64,000 nt of DNA from Candidatus Poribacteria bacterium (GCA_965198235.1 OZ240248.1:3104001-3168000), one strand, 5' to 3'; shown: positions 18,514-29,540, counted from the stretch's first letter. Notes: a model not told the origin generated them from the sequence alone. Made by a program: numbers and translations.

Positions 18514-21500
18514 TCACACATCCTCCCACAAAACCCCATCAATCGCCTCCATAACCCGAAGCGTCTCCGCTACAGCCACCAAAATCGCACGATACTGCTG
18601 CAACTCCATGCGCTGCAACTCCTCTCCCCGTCGATCCTTCAACCACTTCTCGCACACCTGATACGCACCGATCTCATATTCCCAGACCTCCACAGGCACA
18701 TCCGTGAAATACTGGGTCGGATTGATCCAAACCTGTCCGTCCACGTAGCGCACTTGTGCAACGACACCGTCGCCTTCACCCTCAAACCGATGCACCGCCG
18801 GAACCCGTGTCTCTGTAGGAGCGACCTCCCCCTCCCCAGTAACGGGCGGGGACCCCGGTCGCGATATATCGTTTAGAAGATGACAATCGATCAAACGCTG
18901 CCCCAACGCCGCGAGTGTGCGGAAGTGTTCGATGTTTTGCGGCAACGGGATGCGCGGAAAATCGTATTTCAGGAACTCATAATACCGTTTGCGATATTTC
19001 GGACTATACAGGATTGCATAGATATAGGCGAGAATCCCCTCCGGTGAGACACCTTCAGGCAGATGAAGCGGCGCAACCTGTGGAAGTCCCAACGCCTCCA
19101 AAAGCGCGGTGAGAAACGCCGGTTTGAAATTGAGTGACCGCTCTGTTGAGATCCCTAATTCCTCTGGGTCTGGATACAAGTAGAGCGAAAAAACATAAGT
19201 GGATTCGCTGGTCCTGTTTGAGATGTAGGATTTGTCAGTGATTTGATCGGTTATCAAGACGTGTTGCCATATTGGGCTTTTGACGACGCGACAAACGCAG
19301 AGCGCAAGGTTTCCCGCAAGTAGATGAGACATAACAGCACCGCGAGGAGTACAGTGAAATCCACGCGATCGCCCAGTGTAGTAGGTCCAACGTGTATCAA
19401 ACGGACGATAGAGAATAGGTTTTATGTGCTGCTCGGAATCAGGGTGATTGCGGATATCCGCTTGGGCAAAATGAACCCGCCAATCTCGAGTATCCCTTGG
19501 TAATCTGTACCTCTCCCGCGCTTCATCTACAGAGAGTGAAACAAAATCAGTTACCGTTTCACGGACCTCTTCAACAGTTCGATGAATTGTAAATCTATCC
19601 CGACCTGTAGCAATCCCAACCGAACCTATATGAAAGATGTCGGTAAGTTCCCATCCACTTTCGTATTCAGCACTATAATCTGTTGCTTGCGGCACAAAGA
19701 GATAGCGGGGTGATGTCGGTTGTAGTTCACACCACTTCGTGGATTGGATATCGATCTCCGAAAGGATATTGTATTTCTCCTCTCGGAGACCCCACAGATC
19801 CGCGTAGCAGACCTTTGCTGGTGTAGAATTATCACTTTCTTTGACACACAACAGGATGCAAACCCCTTGTGAAATGTCGAATACGTTTTCATCCCTCTGT
19901 GCTGATGGAACGGCTTCCGTCCTCCTGTTACTCCCGTGTAGGTTGAGTAGGTAAATGGCGTTGAAACTGTCTAATAGGCTTTTACGCATGCCGCGGAACA
20001 TTGGACCATCAAGGAAACTATTATTGACAATGTAGCCGATAATACCTTCACCGTTTTTATCAATTCGCCACTGTGCCCACCGAGTAAATTTCACATAATC
20101 CGCTTGAAGTGTTTTTGAGTTTCTTTCACCGAGCGGTTCTCCGTTTACCTGTCTATAGTCCTCAATGAGTTCTCCGATAAAAGTTAACTCTCTACCTACA
20201 CGGCTTGGGTTGGCAGAATCGCGCGGATAGGGCGGATTACCGAGGATGACGAGGAGCGGTTCGTCCCGTTTCACCGAGAGTGCGGCGTTCGCTTCATCGG
20301 AGATAAACCCGCAAAGGGCAGGGATGGTTGCATTTCTGCTGGTTGTTCCAAAGTATTGGTGAGATAGATACGGAGGCGTTCATCGGCGCGCCACCCTTGT
20401 GCTTGCAGAAATAGACTCAACTTCAGATGCGCGATTGTATACGGCGCAACGAGCAGTTCAAACCCGAAAATCCGTTTCACCAATTGCGCGTTGATATACT
20501 GAATCCACTCCCCTGTGCCGTAGGTCTCGGTGACCGACTCACGGATGTGATCCAACACTGTCAACAGAAAACCGCCAGTCCCCGTGGCAGGGTCAAGGAT
20601 GAGCGTGTTGTCATCGGCGAGACCGTCGGGTCTGTTCAATTCCGTTTTGAGCAGACTATCCACGGATCTGACGATGTAGGAGATAACCTGTGGCGGTGTG
20701 TAGTAGACCCCACGATCAACGCGCCGCTGCGGATCGTATTCGGCGAGGAAGGTCTCGTAGAAATGGATAACCGGATCTTCGAGGTGATTTCTGGCGGCAA
20801 ACGCTGTGCGGAGCATCTCTGTCGGGACGTTTCGGAGTAGCGACGCGATGTCGTCCAGAATGTAAGTAACGTTTGTCTCCAGTGTCGGGGAGGCGACGTG
20901 ATAAAAGAGTTGGACGAGGAACGGATTTGACTTCGGAAGTGCCTCGGCGGCGGTGTGTCGTGAGAAGTTCGTCGCATTCGGCAATGTACAGCGTGCGGCA
21001 AACAACCCGTAGGCGAGAGTTTGCGCGTACATATCCGCAAAGTCGTCTGCGGTCAGCGTAGAGATGAGCGTCTCTTTGAACGCCGAGAACATCGCGTGGA
21101 TATTGCTGTTTTCATCGGTGAGCGTCGTTGAAATCTGTGTTTGGAGTTCCCGCGTCCGTCTCGCGAGATGTTTCGCAAGCACCTCCGGTGACCTGATTTG
21201 GACGTGTCCAGCGTTCAGAAATCGTTCCAGTAGCGTCTCTAAATTCTCAGGCGCGTCCGTGATGTTTGCGGTTGCACGTAGTTGTCCGTCCCTATACAAC
21301 CGAAATTCGACGAAATTGGTGAGGATGAAGTTATCAAGGTTTTCAATAAAGCGTGCGTTCTGTTCGCTGGCGTGCCCCGTGAGCGCATCGAGATTTCTGC
21401 CATAAGCTTCTGCCTCAATATAACCGATGGGCAACAACCCCTCCATCGCGATGAAGTCCGGTCTACCGATCTGATCCAACCTTCTCGGTTCTTGTGTGAA

Positions 21501-21653
21501 CCGGACGGTGTCTCTGTCGAAATGGTCAACAGCAATCCCCTCAAGAAATGCTTGGAGATGTGGGAATAACGAAAGTTCTGGGGTTGCCTCGGAAGTGGTT
21601 TGTGTTTGTTGGACGTTTTGTAGATAACGGTTGCAACGTGTATGAAAATTCAT
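18514..21653 (-). pseudogene. Type IIG/ISP-like N6-adenine DNA methyltransferase with specificity domain, split by a 1-nt frameshift at about 20305-20307
   Basis: ORF 20271..21653 has GVYYTP and ILDPATGTGGF (motif I). ORF 18514..20274 has GNPPY (motif IV), YRPFD and FPRIP. One extra T in GGTTTATC restores ...LPFAGFISDEANAALSVKRDEPLLVILGNPPY. Confidence 0.85.
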
Positions 21654-22873
21654 ATTTTATTTCACGGTCAGCCTTGTTAAGTTGATAATGTGGGTTCGGA
21701 AAAATCGTGTTTTCCATTATATGCTCTCTGCGTCTCAAGTGCAAGACTTTTTGTAGTAGAGAAACACGACGCATACAGTAGGTACGGTTTCCCAACTGGG
21801 ATTCTACCTGTTCTTAGAAGGCGCACTGAAGTCTTTCCGAACACGTGCTGCTGCCTAATGGTTGATTACCGACTGCTGATTGCTGACGGCTGACCGCTAA
21901 TTCGCGATAGGTGCGGTTTCCCAACCGCACCGGGTAACAACGAACCCATTGCATTTCCATCATTTCGCTGGCGAGGTTTCTAACCTCGCCTCTTGAGAGT
22001 GCCCAAGTAATTCTTAAATCTACTATAAATTAAGTCTAACAAACCTATGGGAATCCTATATCAGATGCCAAACCCCTAAAATCCGCGTCATCTGTGTAAT
22101 CCGTGTAATCTGCGATTCAGACAAGAAGGTTCTCTCATCCTGTAAAGATCGAAGAAGCCCGTGAATCCCAGTTCAGACAATTAACACCGCACATTACCCA
22201 ATTATACTAAGCTTTGGACAATTTTCAGCATTTGTATTACAGATGCGTTGTATCCTTTCAGGACACATGGCACTCCGCTGGAGTGCGAGAGGGTGGATAT
22301 ACCGTTTTCTATAGACATAGCAAGCCGAAGAAAGTGCGGTATTTTTCTCAGAGTTCCGTGAGTGTCTGGAACACGCGAAAAAATATACACGCCTTTGAAA
22401 ACTCAATTCATATGCAACACGAATTGTCCAAACTTTAGCAATTATAGTAAAACCCACAATTATTTTCACATTGCAGAGAGGCGGGGTTTGCAACCCCGCT
22501 CCACAATCTGTAGATTTTGCAATAAATAAAAAATAAATTTGCATCCTTATATTATATTATAGTATTATATATAATGTAATTCTAAATTAAGTATATAGGT
22601 CGGATTGAACACCATGAAATCCAACTGACGAACTATCCTGCTAACGGAAACCTATTACTGATGACTGATTGCTGACAGCCGATGGCTAATATTCTGATTG
22701 CTGACTGCTGATGGCTATCTCAATAAAATGTTACACTTTCCGCCAAATTATTTTTTTCCGTAGCAGAGGATCGCAGAAAAATGCCTCTGAGCCCTTACAG
22801 TTACTGGCTTCTCTGCCGATAACCGTTGTACACCAAATATTACACTGGTGTAACATTTTTAAGGAGAATTTTC

Positions 22874-23605
22874 ATGAAACTCGAAGAAAAACACAAAGAA
22901 TTCGTCGTCAAATGCTTCGCACGTTTTATGACATTAACCGATATCGTCAACGCATTCCTTGAGGAATTTGAAGACGATCTGCCCCCACCCGATATGTCAG
23001 AGGTCGTCACCCTCGAGGCATTAATGGCGGAGCCCTTCAGCGATGAAGATATCGAAGAAAAATCTGAATTCGTCGACGAATACATCGAGGAATTTATAGA
23101 GGAGCTTAAAGAAGAATATGGGAACGAAGCCGAGGAAAAGCTCAATCAAGAAGCACGCGAAGCGTTTGATTCTTTACGCGAAACACAATACCGTAAGGCG
23201 GCTAAGGAGTCCCTAGAAGACGCACTCGCAGGGCACGAAGATTGGCTCCAAAAAAATCTATTCAATCGCTTCCGACGCTTCGATATCGACCACCGTCAGT
23301 TCCCCGATAAATACAAGGCACTCTTTAACGAAACCCGCAATGAGTTCTGCGCCAATTACCGTATCCCCGACCTCAACGTTCCCGAAAACGTCGTCCGAGA
23401 ATTAGAGACCCTTTACGGACACGAGAAACAACTCATCTTTCAACACACGGGTTCAAGAGATGTTATGAAACATGTAACTTTGGCGCATCAAATCCTCAAG
23501 ACCATTATCACTTGCAATGCCATCAATTCACAACAAGAAGTCGTGGATGTTACACCCCAAGACGTAAAAGTCTTGAAGGAGACCCAAAAGGCTTTAACCG
23601 AATAG
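22874..23605 (+). CDS. Acidic hypothetical protein, DUF2280-like
   Basis: ATG after AAGGAG. The N-terminus KLEEKHKEFVVKCFARF and the segment KYKALFNETRNEF resemble DUF2280 by eye, separated by a long Glu-rich stretch. Confidence 0.55.
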   Translation: MKLEEKHKEFVVKCFARFMTLTDIVNAFLEEFEDDLPPPDMSEVVTLEALMAEPFSDEDIEEKSEFVDEYIEEFIEELKEEYGNEAEEKLNQEAREAFDSLRETQYRKAAKESLEDALAGHEDWLQKNLFNRFRRFDIDHRQFPDKYKALFNETRNEFCANYRIPDLNVPENVVRELETLYGHEKQLIFQHTGSRDVMKHVTLAHQILKTIITCNAINSQQEVVDVTPQDVKVLKETQKALTE

Positions 23606-23666
23606 TGCCCCGCAGGAGAGACCTCCGATCAATAATCGAATGCCGCTGACGGTGCGGACAAACCGC

Positions 23667-23695
23667 TTGACAATGAAATATCTACATGGTATCCT
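23667..23695 (+). promoter_or_regulatory. sigma70-type promoter for the AAA-nuclease/HNH-WYL unit
   Basis: TTGACA-17 nt-TATCCT with an extended -10 TG. Confidence 0.6.
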
Positions 23696-23748
23696 TATTT
23701 AAACCGTTATGTATAAGAATATTGGTGCTACGGCTTGAGGAAAGAGAA

Positions 23749-25359
23749 ATGAGACGCTTTGGAACGCAGGGTCCCGTTCATCCACAGAGAAACTATGTCG
23801 TCAGTCGCGCTGCCGAACTCGCAGATTTCATCACGCGCGTCAAAGAGGGGCGTTACATTGTTATCTTCGCGCCGCGGCAGACCGGCAAAACGACCTTCTT
23901 TCAACGTGCCTTAGACGTATTTGCATACGAAGAGTCGGCTTACTTCCCGATTCCGTTGAATTTTGAGGTATATGAGGACTGCACGCCGTCGGTTTTTTAT
24001 AGCAGTCTTCACGAAGATATTTGCGAGGAGATAGAAAATGTTTTTGAGCGACGCGGAGAAGTCTTTTCTGAAGCATTGGCGGAATTTTTGGAGAACGCAG
24101 AAATAACCGATCATCTCTCGATGGGAAGATTCTTTAGACGTTTTTCCAGTTTTCTTGGTGACCAACGCGTTATCCTCATCATAGACGAGTTTGATGGCAT
24201 CCCGAAGGAGGCGGTGAGAGGCTTTCTGCATTCACTTCGCCGTATCTACGTCTCAAATGCTGTTTCTCGATGTCCGCATAGTGTCGGTATCGTTGGTGTC
24301 AAAAGTATTACGCAGCTGAACTACGACAGATCCATCTCTCCGTTCAATATCCAAGATGAATTCAACCTGCCGAACTTCACGCTTGAACAGGTGCAGGAAC
24401 TCCTTGGGCAATATACGGAAGAAGTTGATCAGGCGTTTGCCCCAGAGGTTATTGAATCTATTCATAAGCAGACTGCTGGACAACCTGTTCTCGTCAACCG
24501 ATTCGCGCAGATTCTCACCGAGGAGTTGGATATTCCCAAAACTGAACCGATGGCGATGCCACATTTTACAACGGCACATGCACAACTCCTTGAGGAAAAC
24601 AATGTCAACATCACACATTTGATAACCAACATCCGCAAAAACCCACGTTTTGAAAGTATGCTGATGCGCATCATGGAACGTGACGAAGGCGTGGACTTCA
24701 ATCCGGATAATCACATTATCAGTGAACTCGCCACTTATGGGGTCATCGCAAGAGGTAATGACGGTGCCTGTGAGATTCTCAATCCAATTTATCTCTATCG
24801 TATTATGAGGGCATTCAAGCCACTCGTAAACGGGTTAGAGCAAGAATACTTCCCGGAAGATACCAGCGACGCACTTCGTGATTATCTCACATCTACGGGG
24901 CAGATTGAAATGGAGGCGTTACTTGATAACTTCCAAGATTTCATAGCACGTGCAGGTTTCAGGATTTTGCAGGTCCCAGATACGCCGCAAGAATCGGTAG
25001 GACGGCACCTCTTGCTTGCCTATCTTGACGAGTTTGTTAGGCGTATCGGTGGTGTTATGCACATAGAGGTGAAAACCGGACGTGGTAGGATGGACATCCT
25101 TATTACTCACAATCAGCAAAAATACATTGTTGAGACAAAGATTTGGAGAGGCAATAGTCGCTATCAAGCAGGAAAGAAGCAATTAGCGGCATACCTCAAG
25201 TTGGAAGGCGCAACGCAAGGGTGCTATATAGTCTTTGATCATCGCCAAGATCCTGGGCAGCGTGTGGAGACCGAGACGATTGACGATGTAACAGTTCGGA
25301 GTTATGTGATTCCTGTTGTGCAGGAGCGACCTTCAGATGAACGCCTCCGTGATGCTTGA
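23749..25359 (+). CDS. AAA-like ATPase fused to a C-terminal PD-(D/E)xK nuclease domain
   Basis: Walker A APRQTGKTT, Walker B ILIIDEFD, SPFNI, and C-terminal E...GRGRMDI...IVETK...QLAAY. Confidence 0.85.
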   Translation: MRRFGTQGPVHPQRNYVVSRAAELADFITRVKEGRYIVIFAPRQTGKTTFFQRALDVFAYEESAYFPIPLNFEVYEDCTPSVFYSSLHEDICEEIENVFERRGEVFSEALAEFLENAEITDHLSMGRFFRRFSSFLGDQRVILIIDEFDGIPKEAVRGFLHSLRRIYVSNAVSRCPHSVGIVGVKSITQLNYDRSISPFNIQDEFNLPNFTLEQVQELLGQYTEEVDQAFAPEVIESIHKQTAGQPVLVNRFAQILTEELDIPKTEPMAMPHFTTAHAQLLEENNVNITHLITNIRKNPRFESMLMRIMERDEGVDFNPDNHIISELATYGVIARGNDGACEILNPIYLYRIMRAFKPLVNGLEQEYFPEDTSDALRDYLTSTGQIEMEALLDNFQDFIARAGFRILQVPDTPQESVGRHLLLAYLDEFVRRIGGVMHIEVKTGRGRMDILITHNQQKYIVETKIWRGNSRYQAGKKQLAAYLKLEGATQGCYIVFDHRQDPGQRVETETIDDVTVRSYVIPVVQERPSDERLRDA

Positions 25360-25376
25360 CATTCGAGGAGGATGAA

Positions 25377-26138
25377 ATGCCTTATTGTACCGTGTGCAAG
25401 ATAGAGACTGATTATGAATACGATATAGCACTTTCCAACGGAGACTACCTTCATTATTCGTGTATAATCACGTTGCAAATGCGAAAACATGAGATTGAAA
25501 CTGTACTGCAGAGACAGATGCCACAACTCATTTTGTCGCTCTTTGTGCCAACTGAGGTTGTAGAACAAGACGTGGCCTCAGAGGCTGAGATTGAAGATTT
25601 ACGTGCTAAACTCGCGAAGTTAAAATCCGTTTTAACCGCAATCTATGACCATCTGCCGTGTTGGCCCCCGGATTGGGATGAACGGAAACGGCGGGTTATC
25701 AGGGAAAACGGTTCGGTCTGTTCACGTTGTGGTGAGGAGCAGGATGTCTATTTAGTGCACGATATCCCAGTATTTGAAGGTGGGACCAACGAGTTGGAGA
25801 ATCTCGTGCTGAGCTGCGCCGCATGTCATACGAGTATGTACAAGGAAGGCGATATTTTTGCCACCTTTACGCTAAATCCGTCACAGTCAGAATTCTCGGA
25901 ACAAGTCTCGGAAATCCAATCCGCGATTGACAATGATCAGAAGATTCAGTTTAACTATAAAAAGCCGAGTGCCAAAAGATGGATGACACGCGTCGTCGTG
26001 CCGGAGCGGTTTCTGAATATTCCAAACAACCGAGAGTCCGGTGAGACATTGTGTGTGGAAGGATTTTGCGAGTTACGACAGGATACCCGCGTCTTTGCAC
26101 TTGAGCGGATGCAAGCGTTAGAAGTCATTGGGGATTAG
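25377..26138 (+). CDS. HNH-like zinc-binding domain plus C-terminal WYL domain protein
   Basis: CSRC...HDIPVFEGGTNELENLVLSCAACH; then IQFNYKKP..RVVVP..VEGFCELRQDTRVFALERM. Start follows GAGGAGG. Confidence 0.8.
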   Translation: MPYCTVCKIETDYEYDIALSNGDYLHYSCIITLQMRKHEIETVLQRQMPQLILSLFVPTEVVEQDVASEAEIEDLRAKLAKLKSVLTAIYDHLPCWPPDWDERKRRVIRENGSVCSRCGEEQDVYLVHDIPVFEGGTNELENLVLSCAACHTSMYKEGDIFATFTLNPSQSEFSEQVSEIQSAIDNDQKIQFNYKKPSAKRWMTRVVVPERFLNIPNNRESGETLCVEGFCELRQDTRVFALERMQALEVIGD

Positions 26139-26216
26139 CGAGAATAGGCAATGAGGTTGAGGCACCTATTCTAATTGAATCTTGTCCGAGCGAACATTCA
26201 CTAAGAAGAAGCAGCC

Positions 26217-27410
26217 ATGCGAGATATAGATATAAGAGCACTCTACTACATTACACATATAGACAACTTACCTTCTATCTTTGAGCGGGGCATCCTTTCC
26301 CGCGAAAGAATTGAAACAGAGGGCAGACAATTTGTTTCAATGTTTAAGGGGAGAACAGATGGTAAAAATAACATCAATAAAAGGAGCAAGATTAAACCCC
26401 GAGATGGTGGAAAAAGCCTCTTGAGTTACGCGAATTTATTGTTTCAACCACGTAACCCGATGATGTATCGTGCTATCTTTGAAACAGGTAAGGACAAACT
26501 TACCGTTCTTGAAGTAGCAGATACAGTCCTCAGTGAACAAGGAATTATCATCACAGACGGTAACGCGACCGATGAATTAACACAATTCTATCCGGGAATT
26601 CAAGGTCTGAAAAAACTTCAACAACAAGGGAAAATAATTCAGAGTGAGTGGTGGAAGAAGTGCGATGGATCAAAGCGCAAAATCATGGCGGAATGTTTAG
26701 TCCCTGACCATGTCAAGCCTGAATACATTCGTTCGGTTGTTATCGCTGACGATACACAGAGAAATTGGGTGCAGGGAACATTTAGTAATCCTAAATTTCC
26801 TATTATTTGTCAACCCGATATGTTTTTCCAACCTAAGCGTCGGATTGCAATCGGTAAAAATATTTCTCTTATTGACGGCGGTGATATGTTTTTCTCTGAG
26901 TTACAGACATTAACAGTTACAGTTAACCTTCAAGGAGTCATGGGCAAAGGATTGGCACTACGCACAAGAGAGCAATTTCCTGATGTCTATGTAGAATATG
27001 AGAAAGCATGTCGCTCAAAGAAAATCACAACTGAACGTCCTTATATCTATAAACGCGAGGAATCAGTTGCAGATGAGTTGTCAGATTTTAAACCACACCG
27101 TGTAAACATAAAAAATCCGATGAAGTGGTTTTTGCTTTTTGCGACAAAACGGCACTGGCGACAAAACTCACGTATAGAGGACATTGAAAGCGGTTTGAAA
27201 TGGTTACAGAACAACTATAAAGAAGAAGGTATCCAATCGCTAGCGATGTCTGCACTAGGCTGCGCATTGGGGGGTTTAAACTGGACAGATGTCGCTCCAT
27301 TGATGTGTAAGTACCTTGATGAAATAGGTATCCCTGTTGAAATCTATCTCCCCCGTGAATACTCAATTGAACCTCAACATTTAGTAGAATCACATCTCCT
27401 AACACGCTGA
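26217..27410 (+). CDS. DarT (DUF4433 DNA ADP-ribosyltransferase) - DarG macrodomain fusion
   Basis: N-half: LYYITHIDNLPSI..GILS, FQPRNPMMY, TDGNA, MAECLV. C-half: GDMF, VNLQGVMGKGLA, FATKRHW, ALGCALGGLNW. Confidence 0.88.
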   Translation: MRDIDIRALYYITHIDNLPSIFERGILSRERIETEGRQFVSMFKGRTDGKNNINKRSKIKPRDGGKSLLSYANLLFQPRNPMMYRAIFETGKDKLTVLEVADTVLSEQGIIITDGNATDELTQFYPGIQGLKKLQQQGKIIQSEWWKKCDGSKRKIMAECLVPDHVKPEYIRSVVIADDTQRNWVQGTFSNPKFPIICQPDMFFQPKRRIAIGKNISLIDGGDMFFSELQTLTVTVNLQGVMGKGLALRTREQFPDVYVEYEKACRSKKITTERPYIYKREESVADELSDFKPHRVNIKNPMKWFLLFATKRHWRQNSRIEDIESGLKWLQNNYKEEGIQSLAMSALGCALGGLNWTDVAPLMCKYLDEIGIPVEIYLPREYSIEPQHLVESHLLTR

Positions 27411-27413
27411 CAA

Positions 27414-29540
27414 TTATTTACATCGCACATAACTTTCACGAGGCGCGTCCAGATCGACAAGGACGTTCTGACCCACCTGTAGAAACCGACCGTTCAGCAT
27501 CACGAATTGAACGGCTGAACCGGAGGTATCCCTCCGCAAAAAGAGATATTCACCAACAAACCTAATGTCTGCAGCAGACATCTCCGCCAAGCCATCGTCA
27601 GAGATGAGGAATGTGTCTGTCGTGCTATGTAACTGAAGCGTGAAACCTGTCCCCAAGACATCAGGATCCGTACGCACCTCAATATCGGAAAGCGTCGGAT
27701 GGATTTTAACTTCAGGTTTCATAGGAAATAACAACGTGTTCATTACCACTGGCGATTCCCGATGCCTCTGATAAGTAACGCTGTCCGTATCCAACGTTAC
27801 CGAGAGGTCAGTCGTCCCCACCGCACCGATGAACAGATTGCTACGACGTGGGTCCTGTGTCCGTAGGTCCCCCGCGTCGGAATTGATGTGAGGGGCTACC
27901 TTTTGATTGAGACGAAAAATCTGTTCCAATGTCTGTGCGCCGTCGCCGAGGACGAGGTCATGCAAGATGAAGTATTCGCCTTTGAGGTAGAAGATGGCGC
28001 GTTTGTGGTGAACGGTTGTCGTGTGATGCCACTTTTCGACCCAATCAAATGTGGGTGTCGTTATCCATTGCGTGTCAATCCTATCGGATGCGGATAGCGG
28101 CGTATCAAGCACGCGAACGGCACCTGTTGTCAGTTGTCGTCCGTGTGCATGTAACACAAGGGTTGAGGTGTCCGCGTGGTTCGGTTTTCCCGATGGGTGC
28201 GCATCGAAAAATAGGTATTGTGCGTCCGGTTCCCAACTATCCCGCATGACATAGCAGCCGGTCTCAGGAAGCGCGTGCGAGGTGGTATCAGGAGACGGAA
28301 AATCCTCACGCCGAACGCTACTATCGACAATCGTGCAGAGTTCATCGGCATCAAAGTTGGGAGTAGGGAGAGGACCAAGAGGCGGAAACGAGCCGTCGGG
28401 TTGACGCAGATGGATACAGGTTTCCACCTGTTTTTCCAGTGATGTTTGTATTTCTTCGACGGAGTCGGCACGCTCCGTGGGGTCTCCGTAAACGGATAGG
28501 AATCTGACAAAATCAGCAATTGCCGCAACGTGAGAGCGCAGTGTCCGATCCTTGTGAAAGCCATCTGAATGAAAGAAGGCATCGACTATCCATTTATAGC
28601 GACGGCGCGCGAGCATACGAAGTTGCGCACTCCCACGGAATTCGGGGAGGCGGTGCGCCGCGATACCCATCTCTGTCGTTGCTGTGATAGCCGGGGTCGG
28701 ATGAATAGACAAGCGAAGTAGGCATTCAAGATAGGTTTTCGCAGTGGTATAGGTATCGGATATTTCTGTTAGCGGGATTGATTCATGTTCAACCTGTAAA
28801 TTTAAGAATTCTCTCCGAAAGTCCGTATATGCGGATTTTGCGGCGGGCATATCTCCTGCTAAAACGGCAGTTTTCACGACTTCCATTCCCGGATAATCCA
28901 GATGGAGTGCATCAAAAAAGTCGTTATCGCTGAAGGGCAAATTGTATTGATTCTGGGGCGTTAGGTTGCGTTTGAGAACGGTGTTATAGGCAGTAACCGC
29001 AGATACCAAAATCGGGAGGTTTCGTTCATTCGCAAGTGAGAAAGCGACATCGATCGGCAGGGTGAGATGAGAATCTGTCGGTGCGGGAGCAACCTCTGCC
29101 AGCACCGCCGAGATCCTTCCGAATCCAGCGAGCCGCCAGAGCTCTGATTGTGGAAGTGATGCACAGACACTGCCTGCCAATGCCAGTGCACTTCCTGCTT
29201 CGAGTCTTGGGCGAGGTTCACCATCTGGATAGGCGTAGAGATACTCAGCGTACTCTAACAGGATACGGGCAAGTTCGCGGTACCCCAACTCAGTAAGCGG
29301 TTCATGTGCCGCGATCGCGACCGCCTCAATGACGCGCGCTGCAACCGATTCCAATCGCCATGGGGGATATTGTGGTGTGAATTCGATCGGTGTCCGTTGT
29401 GCTTCGGCGAACGTGAGGAGTTCCTCAAAATCCGCTATCGGCTCAAGTTGCCCGATTGCAAGGAGTTCCCGCTTCGCAAGGGTTTCTGCGAGGCGTTGGA
29501 TATGCTCAGTTTGGAGAGTTGTCCATTTTTCCAACGACAT
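27414..29540 (-). CDS. Heparinase II/III-like protein (divergent)
   Basis: DGFHKD, LPETGCYVMRDSW, HAD...LHAHGRQL and HKRAIFYLKGEYFILHD motifs. Confidence 0.7.
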   Translation of the reverse strand: MSLEKWTTLQTEHIQRLAETLAKRELLAIGQLEPIADFEELLTFAEAQRTPIEFTPQYPPWRLESVAARVIEAVAIAAHEPLTELGYRELARILLEYAEYLYAYPDGEPRPRLEAGSALALAGSVCASLPQSELWRLAGFGRISAVLAEVAPAPTDSHLTLPIDVAFSLANERNLPILVSAVTAYNTVLKRNLTPQNQYNLPFSDNDFFDALHLDYPGMEVVKTAVLAGDMPAAKSAYTDFRREFLNLQVEHESIPLTEISDTYTTAKTYLECLLRLSIHPTPAITATTEMGIAAHRLPEFRGSAQLRMLARRRYKWIVDAFFHSDGFHKDRTLRSHVAAIADFVRFLSVYGDPTERADSVEEIQTSLEKQVETCIHLRQPDGSFPPLGPLPTPNFDADELCTIVDSSVRREDFPSPDTTSHALPETGCYVMRDSWEPDAQYLFFDAHPSGKPNHADTSTLVLHAHGRQLTTGAVRVLDTPLSASDRIDTQWITTPTFDWVEKWHHTTTVHHKRAIFYLKGEYFILHDLVLGDGAQTLEQIFRLNQKVAPHINSDAGDLRTQDPRRSNLFIGAVGTTDLSVTLDTDSVTYQRHRESPVVMNTLLFPMKPEVKIHPTLSDIEVRTDPDVLGTGFTLQLHSTTDTFLISDDGLAEMSAADIRFVGEYLFLRRDTSGSAVQFVMLNGRFLQVGQNVLVDLDAPRESYVRCK

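Noticed and set aside
22520-22600. Very AT-rich tract as a possible replication origin
   Set aside because: No DnaA-box cluster or adjacent replication genes seen; more likely promoter or low-complexity DNA.
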